From Actinomycetota bacterium (GTDB lineage: Bacteria > Actinomycetota > Thermoleophilia > Solirubrobacterales > 70-9): a stretch of 55,976 nt of DNA. Below are positions 38,245 to 48,348 of the stretch, one piece after another. The stretch is taken from NCBI GenBank assembly GCA_048498975.1, contig JBEHWY010000001.1, forward strand, positions 1 to 55,976. The letters are read 5' to 3'. Under the pieces are notes generated by a model. The model searched no databases, was not told where the DNA came from, and saw only the letters and a list, made by a program, of their open reading frames with translations. How positions within the stretch are numbered: the first letter of the stretch is position 1; every line of letters begins with the position of its first letter. The position numbers were made by a program, and so were the translations under genes.

Positions 38245-39093
38245 CTACACGCCGCTGCGCCGGCGCCGCGCCGCCTCGAGCGTGTTGACGAGCAGCATCG
38301 CCCGCGTCATCGGCCCGACCCCGCCGGGCACCGGCGTGATCGCGCCGGCGACCTCCTTCACCGCCTCGAAGTCGACGTCGCCGACGAGGCCGTCCTCGCC
38401 ACGGTTGGTGCCGACGTCGATCACGATCGCGCCTGGGCGCACCATCTCGGCGCCGATCAGCCCCGCCGAGCCGGCGGCGGCGACCAGGATGTCCGCCTCG
38501 CGGCAGACGGCGGCGAGGTCGCGGGTGTGGGAGTGGCAGTGGGTGACGGTCGCGTTCTCGGCCAGCAGCAGCGCCGCCAGCGGCTTGCCGACCAGGATCG
38601 AGCGGCCGACGACGACGGCGCGGGCACCGTCGAGCTCGGCGCCGGCCTCGCGCAGCAGCTCGATCACGCCGCGCGGCGTGCACGGCACCAGCGCCTCCGG
38701 GCGGCCCTGGGCGAGCAGCCCGGCGCTCAGCGGCGTCAGCCCGTCGACGTCCTTGCCGGGGTCGATCGCCGCGATCAGCGGGTCCTGGTCGAGGTGCGCG
38801 GGCAGCGGCAGCTGCAGGAGGATGCCGTCGACGCTCTCGTCGGCGTTCAGCGCTTCGATCAGCGCCAGCAGCTCCGCCTGGGAGATGTCGCCGCCGGGCT
38901 CGTGGTGGACCGAGCGGATCCCGACCTCGGCCGAGTCCTCGCGCTTCATCCGCACGTAGACGGCGGAGGCGGGGTCGTCACCGACCAGGATCGTCGCCAG
39001 CCCCGGCGGCTCGGGCAGCGTCGCGACCTCGGCAGCGACCCGCTCGCGCAGGCGCGCCGCCACCGCTTTGCCGTCGATGATCCGCGCCGCCAC
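38245..39093 (-). CDS. folD: bifunctional methylenetetrahydrofolate dehydrogenase/cyclohydrolase
   Basis: 282 aa with [12 protein letters not shown]...YVRMKRE...GILLQLPLP...TPGGVGPMT. Confidence 0.95.
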   Translation of the reverse strand: MAARIIDGKAVAARLRERVAAEVATLPEPPGLATILVGDDPASAVYVRMKREDSAEVGIRSVHHEPGGDISQAELLALIEALNADESVDGILLQLPLPAHLDQDPLIAAIDPGKDVDGLTPLSAGLLAQGRPEALVPCTPRGVIELLREAGAELDGARAVVVGRSILVGKPLAALLLAENATVTHCHSHTRDLAAVCREADILVAAAGSAGLIGAEMVRPGAIVIDVGTNRGEDGLVGDVDFEAVKEVAGAITPVPGGVGPMTRAMLLVNTLEAARRRRSGV

Positions 39094-39094
39094 C

Positions 39095-41365
39095 TCAGCG
39101 CCTCCGGATCGGGGCGTAGTCGGCCATCAGCTTGCGCTCGCTGCCGTCGCCGGAGAAGCGGACGACGACCACGCCGCCGGGCTCGACCGCGGTGACGACG
39201 CCGTCGCCGAAGCTGGCGTGGACGACGTCATCGCCGATTCCCAGCTCCAGCGCCGGGCTCGGGTCGCGCGGCTGCGCCGCCGCCGGGGCGCCGACCGGCG
39301 TGTCCCAGCGCATCCCCCCGCCCCCGGCGGGAACCGTCGTCTGGCGTTCGGTCAGTTCGACCGGCAGCTCGTCGATGAAGCGCGAGGGCAGGTTGTACTC
39401 GGCGCGGCCGAACAGGCGCCGCTCCCTGGCCCAGGTCATGTAGAGCCGTTTGCGGGCGCGGGTGATGGCGACGTAGCAGAGCCGCCGCTCCTCTTCTTCG
39501 CCGCCCTCCTCGAGCGCCCGCATGTGGGGGAAGGCGCCGTCCTCGCAGCCGATCACGAAGACCGTGTCGTACTCGAGCCCCTTGGCGTTGTGCAGCGTCA
39601 TCAGCGTCACCAGGCCGCTGTCGTCGGCGATCGAGTCCTGGTCGGAGAGCAGCGAGATCTGCTGCAGGTACTCCTCCAGCGGGGTGACCTCGCTCTCCCC
39701 CTCCCGCTCGCGCTCGAGGTCGAACTCGGCGGCGCCCTCGACCAGCGCTTCGAGGTTCTCGATCCGCCCTTCGGCTTCGACCGTGCGCTCGGCTTCGAGC
39801 GCTTCCAGGTAGCCGGTCTCGCTCAGCACCGCCTGCAGCAGCTCGGCGACCGCCGAGCCCGAGTCGGCGCGCGCCCGCAGCAGGTCCATCGTCTCGTGGA
39901 AGCGGCCGACCGACTTGATCGCCGCGGCACCGAGGCCGGGCACCTCCTCGGGCCGTTCCATCACCTCCCAGATCGTCAGTCCGGCGGTGTTGGCGTAGGC
40001 GGCGAGGCGCGCCTGGCTGGTGTTGCCGATCCCGCGCCGCGGCACGTTGACGACGCGGCCGAAGGAGACCTGGTCGGCCGGGTTGGCGAGCAGGCTGAGG
40101 TAGGCGATCGCGTCCTTGACCTCGGCCCGTTCGTAGAACTTGGTGCCGCCGATCACCTGGTAGGCGACGTTGAGCCGACTCAGCGTGTCCTCGACCACGC
40201 GACTCATCGCGTTGGTCCGGTAGAAGACGGCGACCTCGGCGCGGCCGACCCCATCCTCCTCGCCGAGTCGCTCGATCTCGCCGGCGACCCAGCGCGCCTC
40301 CTCGTGCTCGTCGCCGAGTTCGGAGAGCTGGATCTTCTCCCCCTGCTCGGCTTCGCTCCACAGCTCCTTCGGTCGCCGCTCGCGGTTGTGCTCGACCACC
40401 GCGTTGGCCGCCTGCAGGATCGTCTCGGTCGAGCGGTAGTTCTGCTCGAGCTTGACGACACCGGCCTCGGGGAAGTCCCGATCGAAGTTCAGAATGTTTG
40501 ATACGTCTGCGTACCTAAACCCGTAAATCGACTGATCCTCGTCGCCGACGACCATCAAATTGCCGTGCTCGGCGGCGAGCAGCTGCAGCAGGCGGTACTG
40601 GGCGTGGTTGGTGTCCTGATACTCGTCGACGAGGACGTGGCGGAAGGTGCGGCGCCAGCGATGGCGCACCTCCTCGAAGAGCTCGAGCGCGTTGACGGTG
40701 CGGACGAGCAGGTCGTCGAAGTCCATCGCGTTGGCCTCGAGCATCCGCTTCTCGTAGAGCGGGAAGGCTTCGGCGACGACTTCCTCGAACGGGCCGGCCG
40801 CCGTTTCGGCGTAGCTGTCGGAGTCGATCAGCTGGTTCTTGGCGCCGGAGATCTTCGAGCGGACCGCGCGCGGCGGGTAGCGTTTCGGGTCGATCCCGAG
40901 CTCGCCGAGGCAGCGTTTGAGCATCCGCAGCGAGTCGCCCTCGTCGTAGATCGTGAAGCTGCGCGAGTAGCCGAGGCGCTCGGCGTCGGCGCGCAGCATC
41001 CGCGCGCAGGCGGAGTGGAAGGTCGTCACCCACATCGCCCGCAGCGAGCGGCCGACGAGCTGGCCGACGCGGTCGCGCATCTCGGCCGCGGCTTTGTTGG
41101 TGAAGGTGATCGCCAGGATCTCGCCCGGCTGGGCGGCGCCGGTCGCCAGCAGGTAGGCGATCCGGTGGGTCAGGACCCGGGTCTTGCCGGAGCCGGCGCC
41201 GGCCAGCACCAGCAGCGGGCCGCCGGGGTGGACGACGGCCTCGCGCTGGGGCGGATTGAGGCCCGCCAGCAGCCGCTCGACGCGGTCGGCGCCGGGCTCG
41301 GTCGGGGCGCCGCCGGCGACTTCCGGCAGCCCCTCGGGCGGGTCGAACTCGGCTTGCAGGCTCAC
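39095..41365 (-). CDS. pcrA: ATP-dependent DNA helicase PcrA/UvrD
   Basis: Walker [16 protein letters not shown] and the other SF1 motifs. The GTG at 41365 is preferred. The ATG at 41458 would overlap the upstream lipoprotein gene by 44 nt. Confidence 0.9.
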   Translation of the reverse strand: MSLQAEFDPPEGLPEVAGGAPTEPGADRVERLLAGLNPPQREAVVHPGGPLLVLAGAGSGKTRVLTHRIAYLLATGAAQPGEILAITFTNKAAAEMRDRVGQLVGRSLRAMWVTTFHSACARMLRADAERLGYSRSFTIYDEGDSLRMLKRCLGELGIDPKRYPPRAVRSKISGAKNQLIDSDSYAETAAGPFEEVVAEAFPLYEKRMLEANAMDFDDLLVRTVNALELFEEVRHRWRRTFRHVLVDEYQDTNHAQYRLLQLLAAEHGNLMVVGDEDQSIYGFRYADVSNILNFDRDFPEAGVVKLEQNYRSTETILQAANAVVEHNRERRPKELWSEAEQGEKIQLSELGDEHEEARWVAGEIERLGEEDGVGRAEVAVFYRTNAMSRVVEDTLSRLNVAYQVIGGTKFYERAEVKDAIAYLSLLANPADQVSFGRVVNVPRRGIGNTSQARLAAYANTAGLTIWEVMERPEEVPGLGAAAIKSVGRFHETMDLLRARADSGSAVAELLQAVLSETGYLEALEAERTVEAEGRIENLEALVEGAAEFDLEREREGESEVTPLEEYLQQISLLSDQDSIADDSGLVTLMTLHNAKGLEYDTVFVIGCEDGAFPHMRALEEGGEEEERRLCYVAITRARKRLYMTWARERRLFGRAEYNLPSRFIDELPVELTERQTTVPAGGGGMRWDTPVGAPAAAQPRDPSPALELGIGDDVVHASFGDGVVTAVEPGGVVVVRFSGDGSERKLMADYAPIRRR

Positions 41366-41414
41366 CCGCCGAGCATAGCCACGAGCTCGGCGGGGGCCTG
41401 CGGAGGGGTCGGTG

Positions 41415-42053
41415 CTATTCGCAGGCTGCTTCGATCGCCTTGCCGAACCCTTCGCCATCGCCTTCCAGGACCCATGCCTGGAGTTCGTCTTCGGGGGCTT
41501 CGCGGATGACGTCGCCGATGCAGCTGAGCTGTTCGTCGGTCACTTCACCGGCGAGGCCCTCTTCGGCGGCTTCGGCGAGCACGTCCTGGTCGAGTTCGGC
41601 GAACCCTTCCAGTTCGTCCAGCTTCCACCCGCCGTCTTCCTTGACCAGGGCGACGGCAATCGTCTGGCCGTCGAGCGGGCTGCCGACGAAGGCGGCGTTG
41701 GCGGTGGCGTTCTCACCGTCGACCTGGATGTCGGTGACCGTCACCTTTTCCGGGTTGTCCGAGGTGTCTTCAGCTTCTTCTTCGCATTCTTCGAGCGCGG
41801 CCTTGCCTTTGCCTTCGCCGTTCTGCTCGAGGAAGTTCTGGGTCATGTATTCGGTGCATTTCGACGGGTCGCCGAGGGTCACCGATTTGACGATCGCGTC
41901 TTCGATCTGGGCTTCGTCTTCGCTGCTGCCACTGGAATCTCCCCCTCCACCGCAGGCAGCGGCGACGAGCAGGATCAGCAGGGCGAGCGGAAACAGCAGG
42001 AAACGCGTCTTCAAGGCGAACCTTTCGGAGAGGGGACGGACTGGACCGTCCAA
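41415..42053 (-). CDS. acidic lipoprotein, unknown function
   Basis: Lipobox LLVAAAC, followed by a Gly/Ser linker and an Asp/Glu-rich domain. The likely start is the TTG at 42014. Confidence 0.7.
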   Translation of the reverse strand: MDGPVRPLSERFALKTRFLLFPLALLILLVAAACGGGGDSSGSSEDEAQIEDAIVKSVTLGDPSKCTEYMTQNFLEQNGEGKGKAALEECEEEAEDTSDNPEKVTVTDIQVDGENATANAAFVGSPLDGQTIAVALVKEDGGWKLDELEGFAELDQDVLAEAAEEGLAGEVTDEQLSCIGDVIREAPEDELQAWVLEGDGEGFGKAIEAACE

Positions 42054-42078
42054 GCTATATCAGCCACCGGCCGGCCAG

Positions 42079-42798
42079 TCAGCCACCGGCGGATGACCGA
42101 CCGGTACGGGGACGGATGTCCGGCGGCTCCCCCCCGGCGCTGCCGCCGTCGAGCTCGGCGAGGCGCTGCTCGAGCGCCGCAATGCGCTCGGAGAGCGCCT
42201 TGATCGCGTCGGCGATCGGGTCCGGCAGGTGGATCCAGTCGGCGTCTGGACCCTCGACCCGCTTGCCTTCGACCCGCACCGGGTGGCCGGGGTTGCCGAC
42301 CACGGTGGCGCCGGGCGGCACGTCCTCGACGACGACGGTGTTGGCGCCGATCTTGGCGCCGTCGCCGACCGCGATCGGCCCCAGCAGCTTCGCGCCGGAG
42401 CCGACGGTGACGTTGTTCCCCAGGGTCGGGTGGCGCTTGCCGCGCTGGAAACCGGTGCCACCCAGGGTCACCCCCTGGTAGAGGGTGACGCAGTTGCCGA
42501 TCACCGCGGTCTCGCCGATCACCACGCCGGAGCCGTGGTCGATGAAGAACTCCTCGCCGATCTCCGCCGCGGGGTGGATCTCGACCCCGGTGACCGCCCG
42601 GGTGACGTAGGCGATCACCCGCGGCGCCAGCGGCACCCGCGCCTCGAGCAGGGCATGGGCGAGGCGGTGGGCAAGCAGCGCCTGCACCCCGGCCCAGCTG
42701 GTCAGGATCTCGAACGAGGAGACCCCCTGCGCCGCCGGGTCGCGGTCGCGGGCCGCGGCGACGTCGGCACGGATCTCGCGCAGGACTCGACGGATCAT
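42079..42798 (-). CDS. cysE: serine O-acetyltransferase
   Basis: Left-handed beta-helix hexapeptide repeats ([10 protein letters not shown] etc.), the [12 protein letters not shown] block and a coiled C-terminal extension. Confidence 0.88.
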   Translation of the reverse strand: MIRRVLREIRADVAAARDRDPAAQGVSSFEILTSWAGVQALLAHRLAHALLEARVPLAPRVIAYVTRAVTGVEIHPAAEIGEEFFIDHGSGVVIGETAVIGNCVTLYQGVTLGGTGFQRGKRHPTLGNNVTVGSGAKLLGPIAVGDGAKIGANTVVVEDVPPGATVVGNPGHPVRVEGKRVEGPDADWIHLPDPIADAIKALSERIAALEQRLAELDGGSAGGEPPDIRPRTGRSSAGG

Positions 42799-43718
42799 GG
42801 CGAGAAGAAGGGTAGGGACATGTAGCGCTCGCCCGAGTCGCAGACGATCGTCACCACGCGCTTGCCCGCCATCTCCGGCCGGCCCGCGACCTGAAGCGCC
42901 GCCCAGACGTTGGCCCCGGCCGAGATGCCGGAGAGGATGCCCTCCTTGCGACCGAGCAGCCGCGCCGTCTCCAGCGCGTCCTCGTCGCCGACCGGGAGGA
43001 TCTCGTCGATCACCTCGCGGTCGAGCACCTCGGGGACGAAGCCGGCGCCGATTCCCTGGATTTTGTGCGGGCCGGGCGGGCCGCCGGAGAGGACCGGCGA
43101 GCTGGCCGGCTCGACCGCGACGACCAGGGTCTGCGGCGAGCGCTCGGCGAGCATGCGGCCGACGCCGGTGATCGTGCCCCCGGTGCCGACGCCGGCGACG
43201 AAGGCGCCGATCTCGCCGTCGGTGTCGCGCCAGATCTCCTCCGCCGTGGTGCGGCGGTGGGCCTCGGGGTTGGCGGGGTTTGAGAACTGCATCGGCATGA
43301 AGCCCTTGCGCTGCTCGCGGATCTCCTCGGCCAGCGCCACCGCCTCGTTCATGCCGCCCAGCGAGGGCGTCTCCCGCACCTCGGCGCCGTAGGCGCGCAG
43401 CAGCTTCGCCCGCTCGCGGCTCATTCCCTCGGGCAGGGTGAGGATCAGCTCGTAGCCGCGGGCGGCACAGACCATCGCCAGGGCGATGCCGGTGTTGCCG
43501 CTGGTCGGCTCGACCACGACCGCGCGCCCGGGCCGAATCAGCCCCTCTTCCTCGGCCGCGTCGATCATCGCCACCCCGATCCGGTCCTTGACCGAGCCGC
43601 CGGGGTTGAAGTACTCGAGCTTGACGCAGACCTGACCGCCGACCTCATCGGACATCCGGTCGAGCATCACCAGCGGCGTGTTGCCGACGACCGCGGAAGC
43701 CTCTGCCCCGATTCGCAT
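42795..43718 (-). CDS. cysK: cysteine synthase A (O-acetylserine sulfhydrylase)
   Basis: PLP lysine motif NPGGSVKDR and the GTGGTITG loop. ATGA overlap with cysE. Confidence 0.93.
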   Translation of the reverse strand: MRIGAEASAVVGNTPLVMLDRMSDEVGGQVCVKLEYFNPGGSVKDRIGVAMIDAAEEEGLIRPGRAVVVEPTSGNTGIALAMVCAARGYELILTLPEGMSRERAKLLRAYGAEVRETPSLGGMNEAVALAEEIREQRKGFMPMQFSNPANPEAHRRTTAEEIWRDTDGEIGAFVAGVGTGGTITGVGRMLAERSPQTLVVAVEPASSPVLSGGPPGPHKIQGIGAGFVPEVLDREVIDEILPVGDEDALETARLLGRKEGILSGISAGANVWAALQVAGRPEMAGKRVVTIVCDSGERYMSLPFFSP

Positions 43719-43727
43719 CCCGTGACT

Positions 43728-44207
43728 TTAGATGCGCAGCCGGTAGAGGACGTGCGGCAGTCCCGCGTGCTCGACATCCCCCACCAGCTCCATCCCGACC
43801 TTCTCCGCCACCCGCCGCGAGGCCGCGTTGTCGGGCAGGGCCACCGCCACGAGCTCCTCGAGACCGACCTCGCACGCCAACTCGATCCCCGCTTCGGCGC
43901 CAGCCGTCGCCAGGCCTCGCCCGTGCAGGTCGGGGTCGACCGTCCAGGCAAGCTCGACCGCCTCTTCCGCCTCGATCTGCGTCTGCCGCAGACCGACTCG
44001 CCCGGCGTAACCGACGGCCTCCTCGACCACAGCGAACGGCCCGTAGCCGTGCTCGCGCCAGTGCCGCAGGTCCTCCAGCAGCATCGCCGACGCCTCCGAA
44101 GGCACGATCGGCGGCATCGGCCACGGCCGCAGCCAGAGGTTGACCTCCGGGCGGGTGAAGACCCGCACGTAGCCCGCTTCATCGCCGGCCTCCGGTCGCC
44201 GCACCAC
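43728..44207 (-). CDS. GNAT family N-acetyltransferase
   Basis: 159 aa with an RGRGLAT-type acetyl-CoA motif (LHGRGLATAG). GTG start lies 2 nt after the Rrf2 stop. Confidence 0.75.
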   Translation of the reverse strand: MVRRPEAGDEAGYVRVFTRPEVNLWLRPWPMPPIVPSEASAMLLEDLRHWREHGYGPFAVVEEAVGYAGRVGLRQTQIEAEEAVELAWTVDPDLHGRGLATAGAEAGIELACEVGLEELVAVALPDNAASRRVAEKVGMELVGDVEHAGLPHVLYRLRI

Positions 44208-44209
44208 GC

Positions 44210-44608
44210 TCAGATGAAGTACATGCCCGAGCCGGACTCTTCGGCCTCGCGGCGGGCGACTTCGGCGATCGTCGTCTGGCCGAAGACCTTGCGCAGGGCG
44301 GCGACGCCCTCGGCCCAGATGCCGCCCGCCTCGTCGGCCTCGGTGCCGATCTTGCCGTCGAGGGTCTGGACGACCTCGAGCACGGTGATCTCTTCGGCCG
44401 GGCGCGAGAGGGTGTAGCCGCCGCGCATGCCGCGGTGGCTGGTGAGCAGGCCGGCGCGGCGCAGGGTCGAGAAGAGCTGCTCGAGGAACTGCTCGGGGAT
44501 GTCGCGGCGCTCGGCCAGCTCTTTGATCGGAACCGGGCGATCGCCGGAGCGCGCCAGCTCGGCGAGGGCAACTACCGCATAGCGCGACTTCGAGGTGACC
44601 GAGATCAC
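44210..44608 (-). CDS. Rrf2 family transcriptional regulator (CymR-like by context)
   Basis: Contains SKSRYAVVALAELAR...PIKELAERRDIPEQFLEQLFSTLRRAGLLTSHRGMRGGYTL. First gene of the cys operon. Confidence 0.85.
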   Translation of the reverse strand: MISVTSKSRYAVVALAELARSGDRPVPIKELAERRDIPEQFLEQLFSTLRRAGLLTSHRGMRGGYTLSRPAEEITVLEVVQTLDGKIGTEADEAGGIWAEGVAALRKVFGQTTIAEVARREAEESGSGMYFI

Positions 44609-44638
44609 AGCCGGGTTTCTACCGCACCAACCCGGGCT
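44609..44638. promoter_or_regulatory. imperfect inverted repeat abutting the Rrf2 start codon
   Basis: AGCCGGGTT-N11-AACCCGGGCT, immediately upstream of the GTG start at 44608. Confidence 0.25.
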
Positions 44639-44738
44639 GGGCTAGGATCGAACGGCAAGGGGCGCCGTCCGTCGTCGGGCGCCCGAAACCCGCGACGAGT
44701 GATCGGAAGCCGTCCTGAGCGAGCGCCCAAACTGCCTT

Positions 44739-45338
44739 GTGATCGACGATCACCCGCTGGTCTGCGTCGGTGTGCGAGAGGTACTGGGAGACGATTTCGA
44801 GGTGCACGAGACGAGCAGCCGTGAGGAGGCGCTCGACCTCGTTCGCGACGTCGGCAACTTCGAGGTCGCGATAGTCGACATGCGCTGGCGGCTGAACGGC
44901 GACGGCGCCGCCTCGATCAGCGGCCCGGAGGCGATCCGCGCCCTGCGCCGCTCCCACTCGGCGCTGGGGATCGTCGCCCACGGCGAGCGGCCCGAGCGCC
45001 ATCTGGCCAACGCCGCGATGCAGGCCGGGGCGAGCGCCTACGTCGCCCGCACCGCCGGCCCCGAGCACCTGCGCCAGGCCGTCGACGCCGCCGTCGCCCA
45101 GGAGACCTTCGTCGATCCGGCGGTGCCGCCGAAAGGCAGCCGCGGCAAGCTCACCCGCCGCCAGCGCGAGATCCTGCAGCTGCTCGCCGACGGCGAGTCG
45201 ACCACCGTCGCCGCCCGCGAACTCGACCTCAGCGAAGAGACGGTGAAGACCCACATCAAGACCGCGCTCTCCCGGCTCAACGCGCGCAACCGCACCCACG
45301 CGGTGGCGATCGCCCTGCGCGAGTCACTGATCGTCTGA
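44739..45338 (+). CDS. NarL/FixJ (LuxR-type) response regulator, orphan
   Basis: Receiver domain (IDDHPLV...AIVDM) plus the C-terminal HTH LTRRQREILQLLADGESTTVAARELDLSEETVKTHI. The start is uncertain: the GTG at 44739 truncates strand beta-1. Confidence 0.8.
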   Translation: MIDDHPLVCVGVREVLGDDFEVHETSSREEALDLVRDVGNFEVAIVDMRWRLNGDGAASISGPEAIRALRRSHSALGIVAHGERPERHLANAAMQAGASAYVARTAGPEHLRQAVDAAVAQETFVDPAVPPKGSRGKLTRRQREILQLLADGESTTVAARELDLSEETVKTHIKTALSRLNARNRTHAVAIALRESLIV

Positions 45339-45371
45339 GTCCGCGGCGGGACGACCGGCGCTCCCGTCGGG

Positions 45372-45419
45372 GAGGGTGCTCGCCACCCTCCGTTGGCAGG
45401 TAGGGCGGCGAGCACCCTC
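45372..45419. repeat. 13-bp perfect inverted repeat with a competing internal hairpin, downstream of the response regulator
   Basis: GAGGGTGCTCGCC (45372-45384) pairs with GGCGAGCACCCTC (45407-45419). The alternative local hairpin is GGAGGGTG-CTCGC-CACCCTCC (45371-45391). Confidence 0.5.
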
Positions 45420-45516
45420 TTCCTCCGGGACCCAGGCGTGGGACGCGTGTGGTTGAGCTGGACGGCGGACAGGCGCCTTATAGGTCGAAAAGGGCGCAAA
45501 ACGCGCCTCTTCCCCT

Positions 45517-45580
45517 GTGAGCGGGCGGGCCGGCGCACCTACCTGCCCTGTGGGTGCGCCGGGCCGCCCGCGGCTCGGCC
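45517..45580. repeat. inverted pair of the 33-nt REP-like repeat (long hairpin)
   Basis: GTGAGCGGGCGGGCCGGCGCACC-TACCTGCCCTGT-GGGTGCGCCGGGCCGCCCGCGGCTC. The right arm matches 26498-26530. Confidence 0.7.
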
Positions 45581-45751
45581 GGACCGGCGGGAGGTGACGC
45601 CGCCTAACGACCTGCAGGCTGCTTCGCCGGGGCCGACCAGGCGGGGCGGCGGACGCGGAGCAGGGAGCGCCGGCGCCAGGCCGGGTCGCGCTGCGGAGCG
45701 TCCTTGGAGCGGGCCGTCGCCGGGACGGCCAGCGGGGTCCTGCTCATCGGC

Positions 45752-46849
45752 CTAGATCCAGCCTCGGTCGCGGGCCGTGAGCACGGCCTGGGCGCGGTCG
45801 ACGGCGCCGATCTTGCCGTAGACGTTGTGCAGGTGGGTGCGGATCGTCGAGACCGAGAGGTGCATCTCGCCGGCGATCTGCTTGTAGACCATGCCCTCGG
45901 AGAGGTGGCGGAGGACGTCGAGCTCGCGCGCGGAGAGCGGGCAGGGCTCGCTGATCCGCGACGATTCGCGCTGGTTGAGGGGAAGCTCGTAGAGCAGGTC
46001 GCGCAGCGCCTCCTGGCCGAGGCCGCAGCGGTCGGCGCTGGTCCGCAGGCGCTCGGGCGAGATCGCCTCGCCCTGCGAGTAGTGGGCGACCATGTCGGAG
46101 GTGGCGACGATCGCGGCCAGGCCCTCGGCGTCCTCGGCGTGGTGGCGCTCGATTGCGACGGCGATCCGCTGCGGCAGGTTCCAGCGCCGGGCGAGGACGC
46201 CGCCGACCAGGGCGTGGTCGATGCCGAGCTGCTCGCGTTCGTCCTTGAGGCGCTGCTCGGGGCTGCGCGCGATCGCGTCGAAGTAGACCTTGTAGCCGGG
46301 GTGCAGGCGGGAGATGACCAGGCGGCCGATGTCGTGCAGGAGGGCGGCGACGGCAAGCTCGTCGCGCTCGACCCAGCCGACGGTGCGGCCGATCTGGACC
46401 GCGGCCCGCTGGGTGGCGAGGGCGTGCACGCGGAAGCGCTCGGGTTTCAGCTCCCAGCCACCGTTGGACTCGAAGAAGTCGAAGCTGGGGGCGGTGCCAG
46501 CGATCGCCAGGACACCGGAGGGCTTCAGCGCCTCGACCGCCTCGGGGATGCTGGCGACGCCACCGCCCGAACCGCTGCGGTTGGCGAAGCGCAGGACCGA
46601 GATCGTCAGCGCGACGTCGGCCTCGACCGCCTCGACTAGCTCGCCGACGCGGGGAGTGTCGGCGGTCGCCGCGGCGATAACCCGCTCGCGGGACTCGATC
46701 AGGACCGGGAAGCGCTCGACGGCTTCGAAAGCCTCGGCGAGCCGGCTGCCGGGAGCCGGGGCGCCGCGGCCGCTCTTGGCCTGCGCGTCCGACACCGGGG
46801 GCTTTGCCTTGGCCTTCGGGGCGATGCTATGTGCGGTTGCTGCCTCCAT
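45752..46849 (-). CDS. HDOD domain protein fused to a LuxR-type HTH
   Basis: HDOD signatures (FPVLIESRERV, ALTISVLRFANRS, LLHDIGRLVI) plus the C-terminal LSARELDVLRHLSEGMVYKQIAGEMHLSVSTIRTHL. Confidence 0.8.
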   Translation of the reverse strand: MEAATAHSIAPKAKAKPPVSDAQAKSGRGAPAPGSRLAEAFEAVERFPVLIESRERVIAAATADTPRVGELVEAVEADVALTISVLRFANRSGSGGGVASIPEAVEALKPSGVLAIAGTAPSFDFFESNGGWELKPERFRVHALATQRAAVQIGRTVGWVERDELAVAALLHDIGRLVISRLHPGYKVYFDAIARSPEQRLKDEREQLGIDHALVGGVLARRWNLPQRIAVAIERHHAEDAEGLAAIVATSDMVAHYSQGEAISPERLRTSADRCGLGQEALRDLLYELPLNQRESSRISEPCPLSARELDVLRHLSEGMVYKQIAGEMHLSVSTIRTHLHNVYGKIGAVDRAQAVLTARDRGWI

Positions 46850-46897
46850 TCCGCCAAACTCATCGGCAGGAAGGGACGTTTGGTTTAGCCGAAAGTT

Positions 46898-46916
46898 CCG
46901 CTGCCCAAGACAGCGG
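46898..46916 (-). terminator. hairpin after gltX
   Basis: CCGCTG-CCCAAGA-CAGCGG, 7 nt past the gltX stop. Confidence 0.4.
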
Positions 46917-46923
46917 CGTTCAT

Positions 46924-48303
46924 CTATTCGTCCACGGAAACGCCAGAAAGCCGCATGAATGCTGCCTGTATGCGGTCTAAGCTGGCCTCCCGGCCAAGCA
47001 CCGAAAGTGACTCGAAAATCCCAGGTGAGACCGAAGTTCCGGTGATCGCGACCCGCAGCGGCTGGTAAAGGCGGCCCGGCTTCACCTCGAAGCGGTCGAG
47101 CAGCGGTGCCAGCGCCGCCTCGATTGGCTCCGGCTCGAAGGGATCGACTGGGGCGAGCGCCTCGGCGGCGGCCTCGAGCAGCTCGCGGCTGCCCTCTTTC
47201 ATCACCTTCGACCAGGCCTTGGGGTCCTCGACGGGGTCCTCGAAGAGGAAGCCGATCAGCGGCCAGACCTCGGCCAGCGTCTGCGCTTTCTCCTGGGCGA
47301 TCTCGCAGGCGGCGCGCAGGCGTGCGTCGGGCTCGCGGCCGACGTGGGCGGCGACCGCGGCGGTGTACTCGTCCAGCGGCAGCTCGCGCATGTAGCGGCC
47401 GTTCAGCCAGCGCAGCTTCTTCTCGTCGAAGATCGCCGCCGACTTGCCGACGTCGGCGACGCGGAAGCGGCGCACCAGCTCCTCGGTCGGCATCAGCGTC
47501 GTGTCGTCGTCGGTGCCCCAGCCGAGCAGCGCCAGGTAGTTGCGTACCGCCGCCGGCAGGTAGCCCGCGTCGCGAAGCTCCTGGACCGAGGCGGCGCCGT
47601 GGCGCTTGGAGAGCTTCTTGCCGTCGGGCCCGTGCAGCAGCGGCAGGTGCGCGTAGCGGGGCGCCGGGTGGCCGAGCGCTTCCAGCACCAGCAGCTGCTT
47701 CGGCGTGTTCGAGAGGTGATCGTCGCCGCGCACGACGTCGGTGATCCTCATCTCGGCGTCGTCGACGGCGACGGCGAAGTTGTAGAGGACGCTGCCGTCG
47801 CCGCGGGCGATGACGAAGTCGTCGTAGCTGGCGTTGGGGAAGGCGACCGGGCCGCGGATCAGGTCATGGACGACGGTCTCCCCCTCGTCGGGGACCCGCA
47901 GTCGCACCGCCGCGCCCTCGTCGCGGCTGGGCGTGCCGCGGTAGCCGCGGCTGGCGCCGTGCTCGGCCTTCCACGCCTCGACGTCCTTGGCGGTGGCGGT
48001 GTCGTGGTAGGCGTGGCCGGACTCCAGCAGCCGCGCCAGAGCCACCCCGTGGCTCTCGGCGCGGTCGACCTGGTGCAGCGGGCCCTCGTCCCAGTCGAGC
48101 TCCAGCCAGGCGAGCGCATCGAGGATCTGGGCGACGTGCTCCTCGGTCGAGCGCTCGCGGTCGGTGTCCTCGATCCGCAGCACCAGCGCCCCGCCCTCGT
48201 GCCGGGCCGCCAGCCAGTTGTACAGCGCGGTGCGGGCGCCGCCGATGTGCAGCGCGCCGGTCGGCGAGGGGGCGAAGCGAAGGCGCATCGAGGGCTCGGG
48301 CAT
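46924..48303 (-). CDS. gltX: glutamyl-tRNA synthetase
   Basis: HIGH motif PSPTGALHIGGARTAL and KMSKS motif KLSKR. The start is at 48303 (MPEPSMRLRF) or 48288. Confidence 0.93.
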   Translation of the reverse strand: MPEPSMRLRFAPSPTGALHIGGARTALYNWLAARHEGGALVLRIEDTDRERSTEEHVAQILDALAWLELDWDEGPLHQVDRAESHGVALARLLESGHAYHDTATAKDVEAWKAEHGASRGYRGTPSRDEGAAVRLRVPDEGETVVHDLIRGPVAFPNASYDDFVIARGDGSVLYNFAVAVDDAEMRITDVVRGDDHLSNTPKQLLVLEALGHPAPRYAHLPLLHGPDGKKLSKRHGAASVQELRDAGYLPAAVRNYLALLGWGTDDDTTLMPTEELVRRFRVADVGKSAAIFDEKKLRWLNGRYMRELPLDEYTAAVAAHVGREPDARLRAACEIAQEKAQTLAEVWPLIGFLFEDPVEDPKAWSKVMKEGSRELLEAAAEALAPVDPFEPEPIEAALAPLLDRFEVKPGRLYQPLRVAITGTSVSPGIFESLSVLGREASLDRIQAAFMRLSGVSVDE

Positions 48304-48348
48304 GGGGCCGGATACTTCCACAGCACCCCGGCCATAGGATGGGCGGCA

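Noticed and set aside
39094-39094. ZTP (pfl) riboswitch, which often precedes folD.
   Set aside because: folD starts 1 nt after the pcrA stop codon, so there is no room for a leader.
41366-41458. The upstream ATG start for pcrA (MAKGSARRSKQPANST...).
   Set aside because: It would overlap the 3' end of the lipoprotein gene by 44 nt and would add an Arg-rich non-conserved extension. The GTG at 41365 is preferred, but this is not certain.
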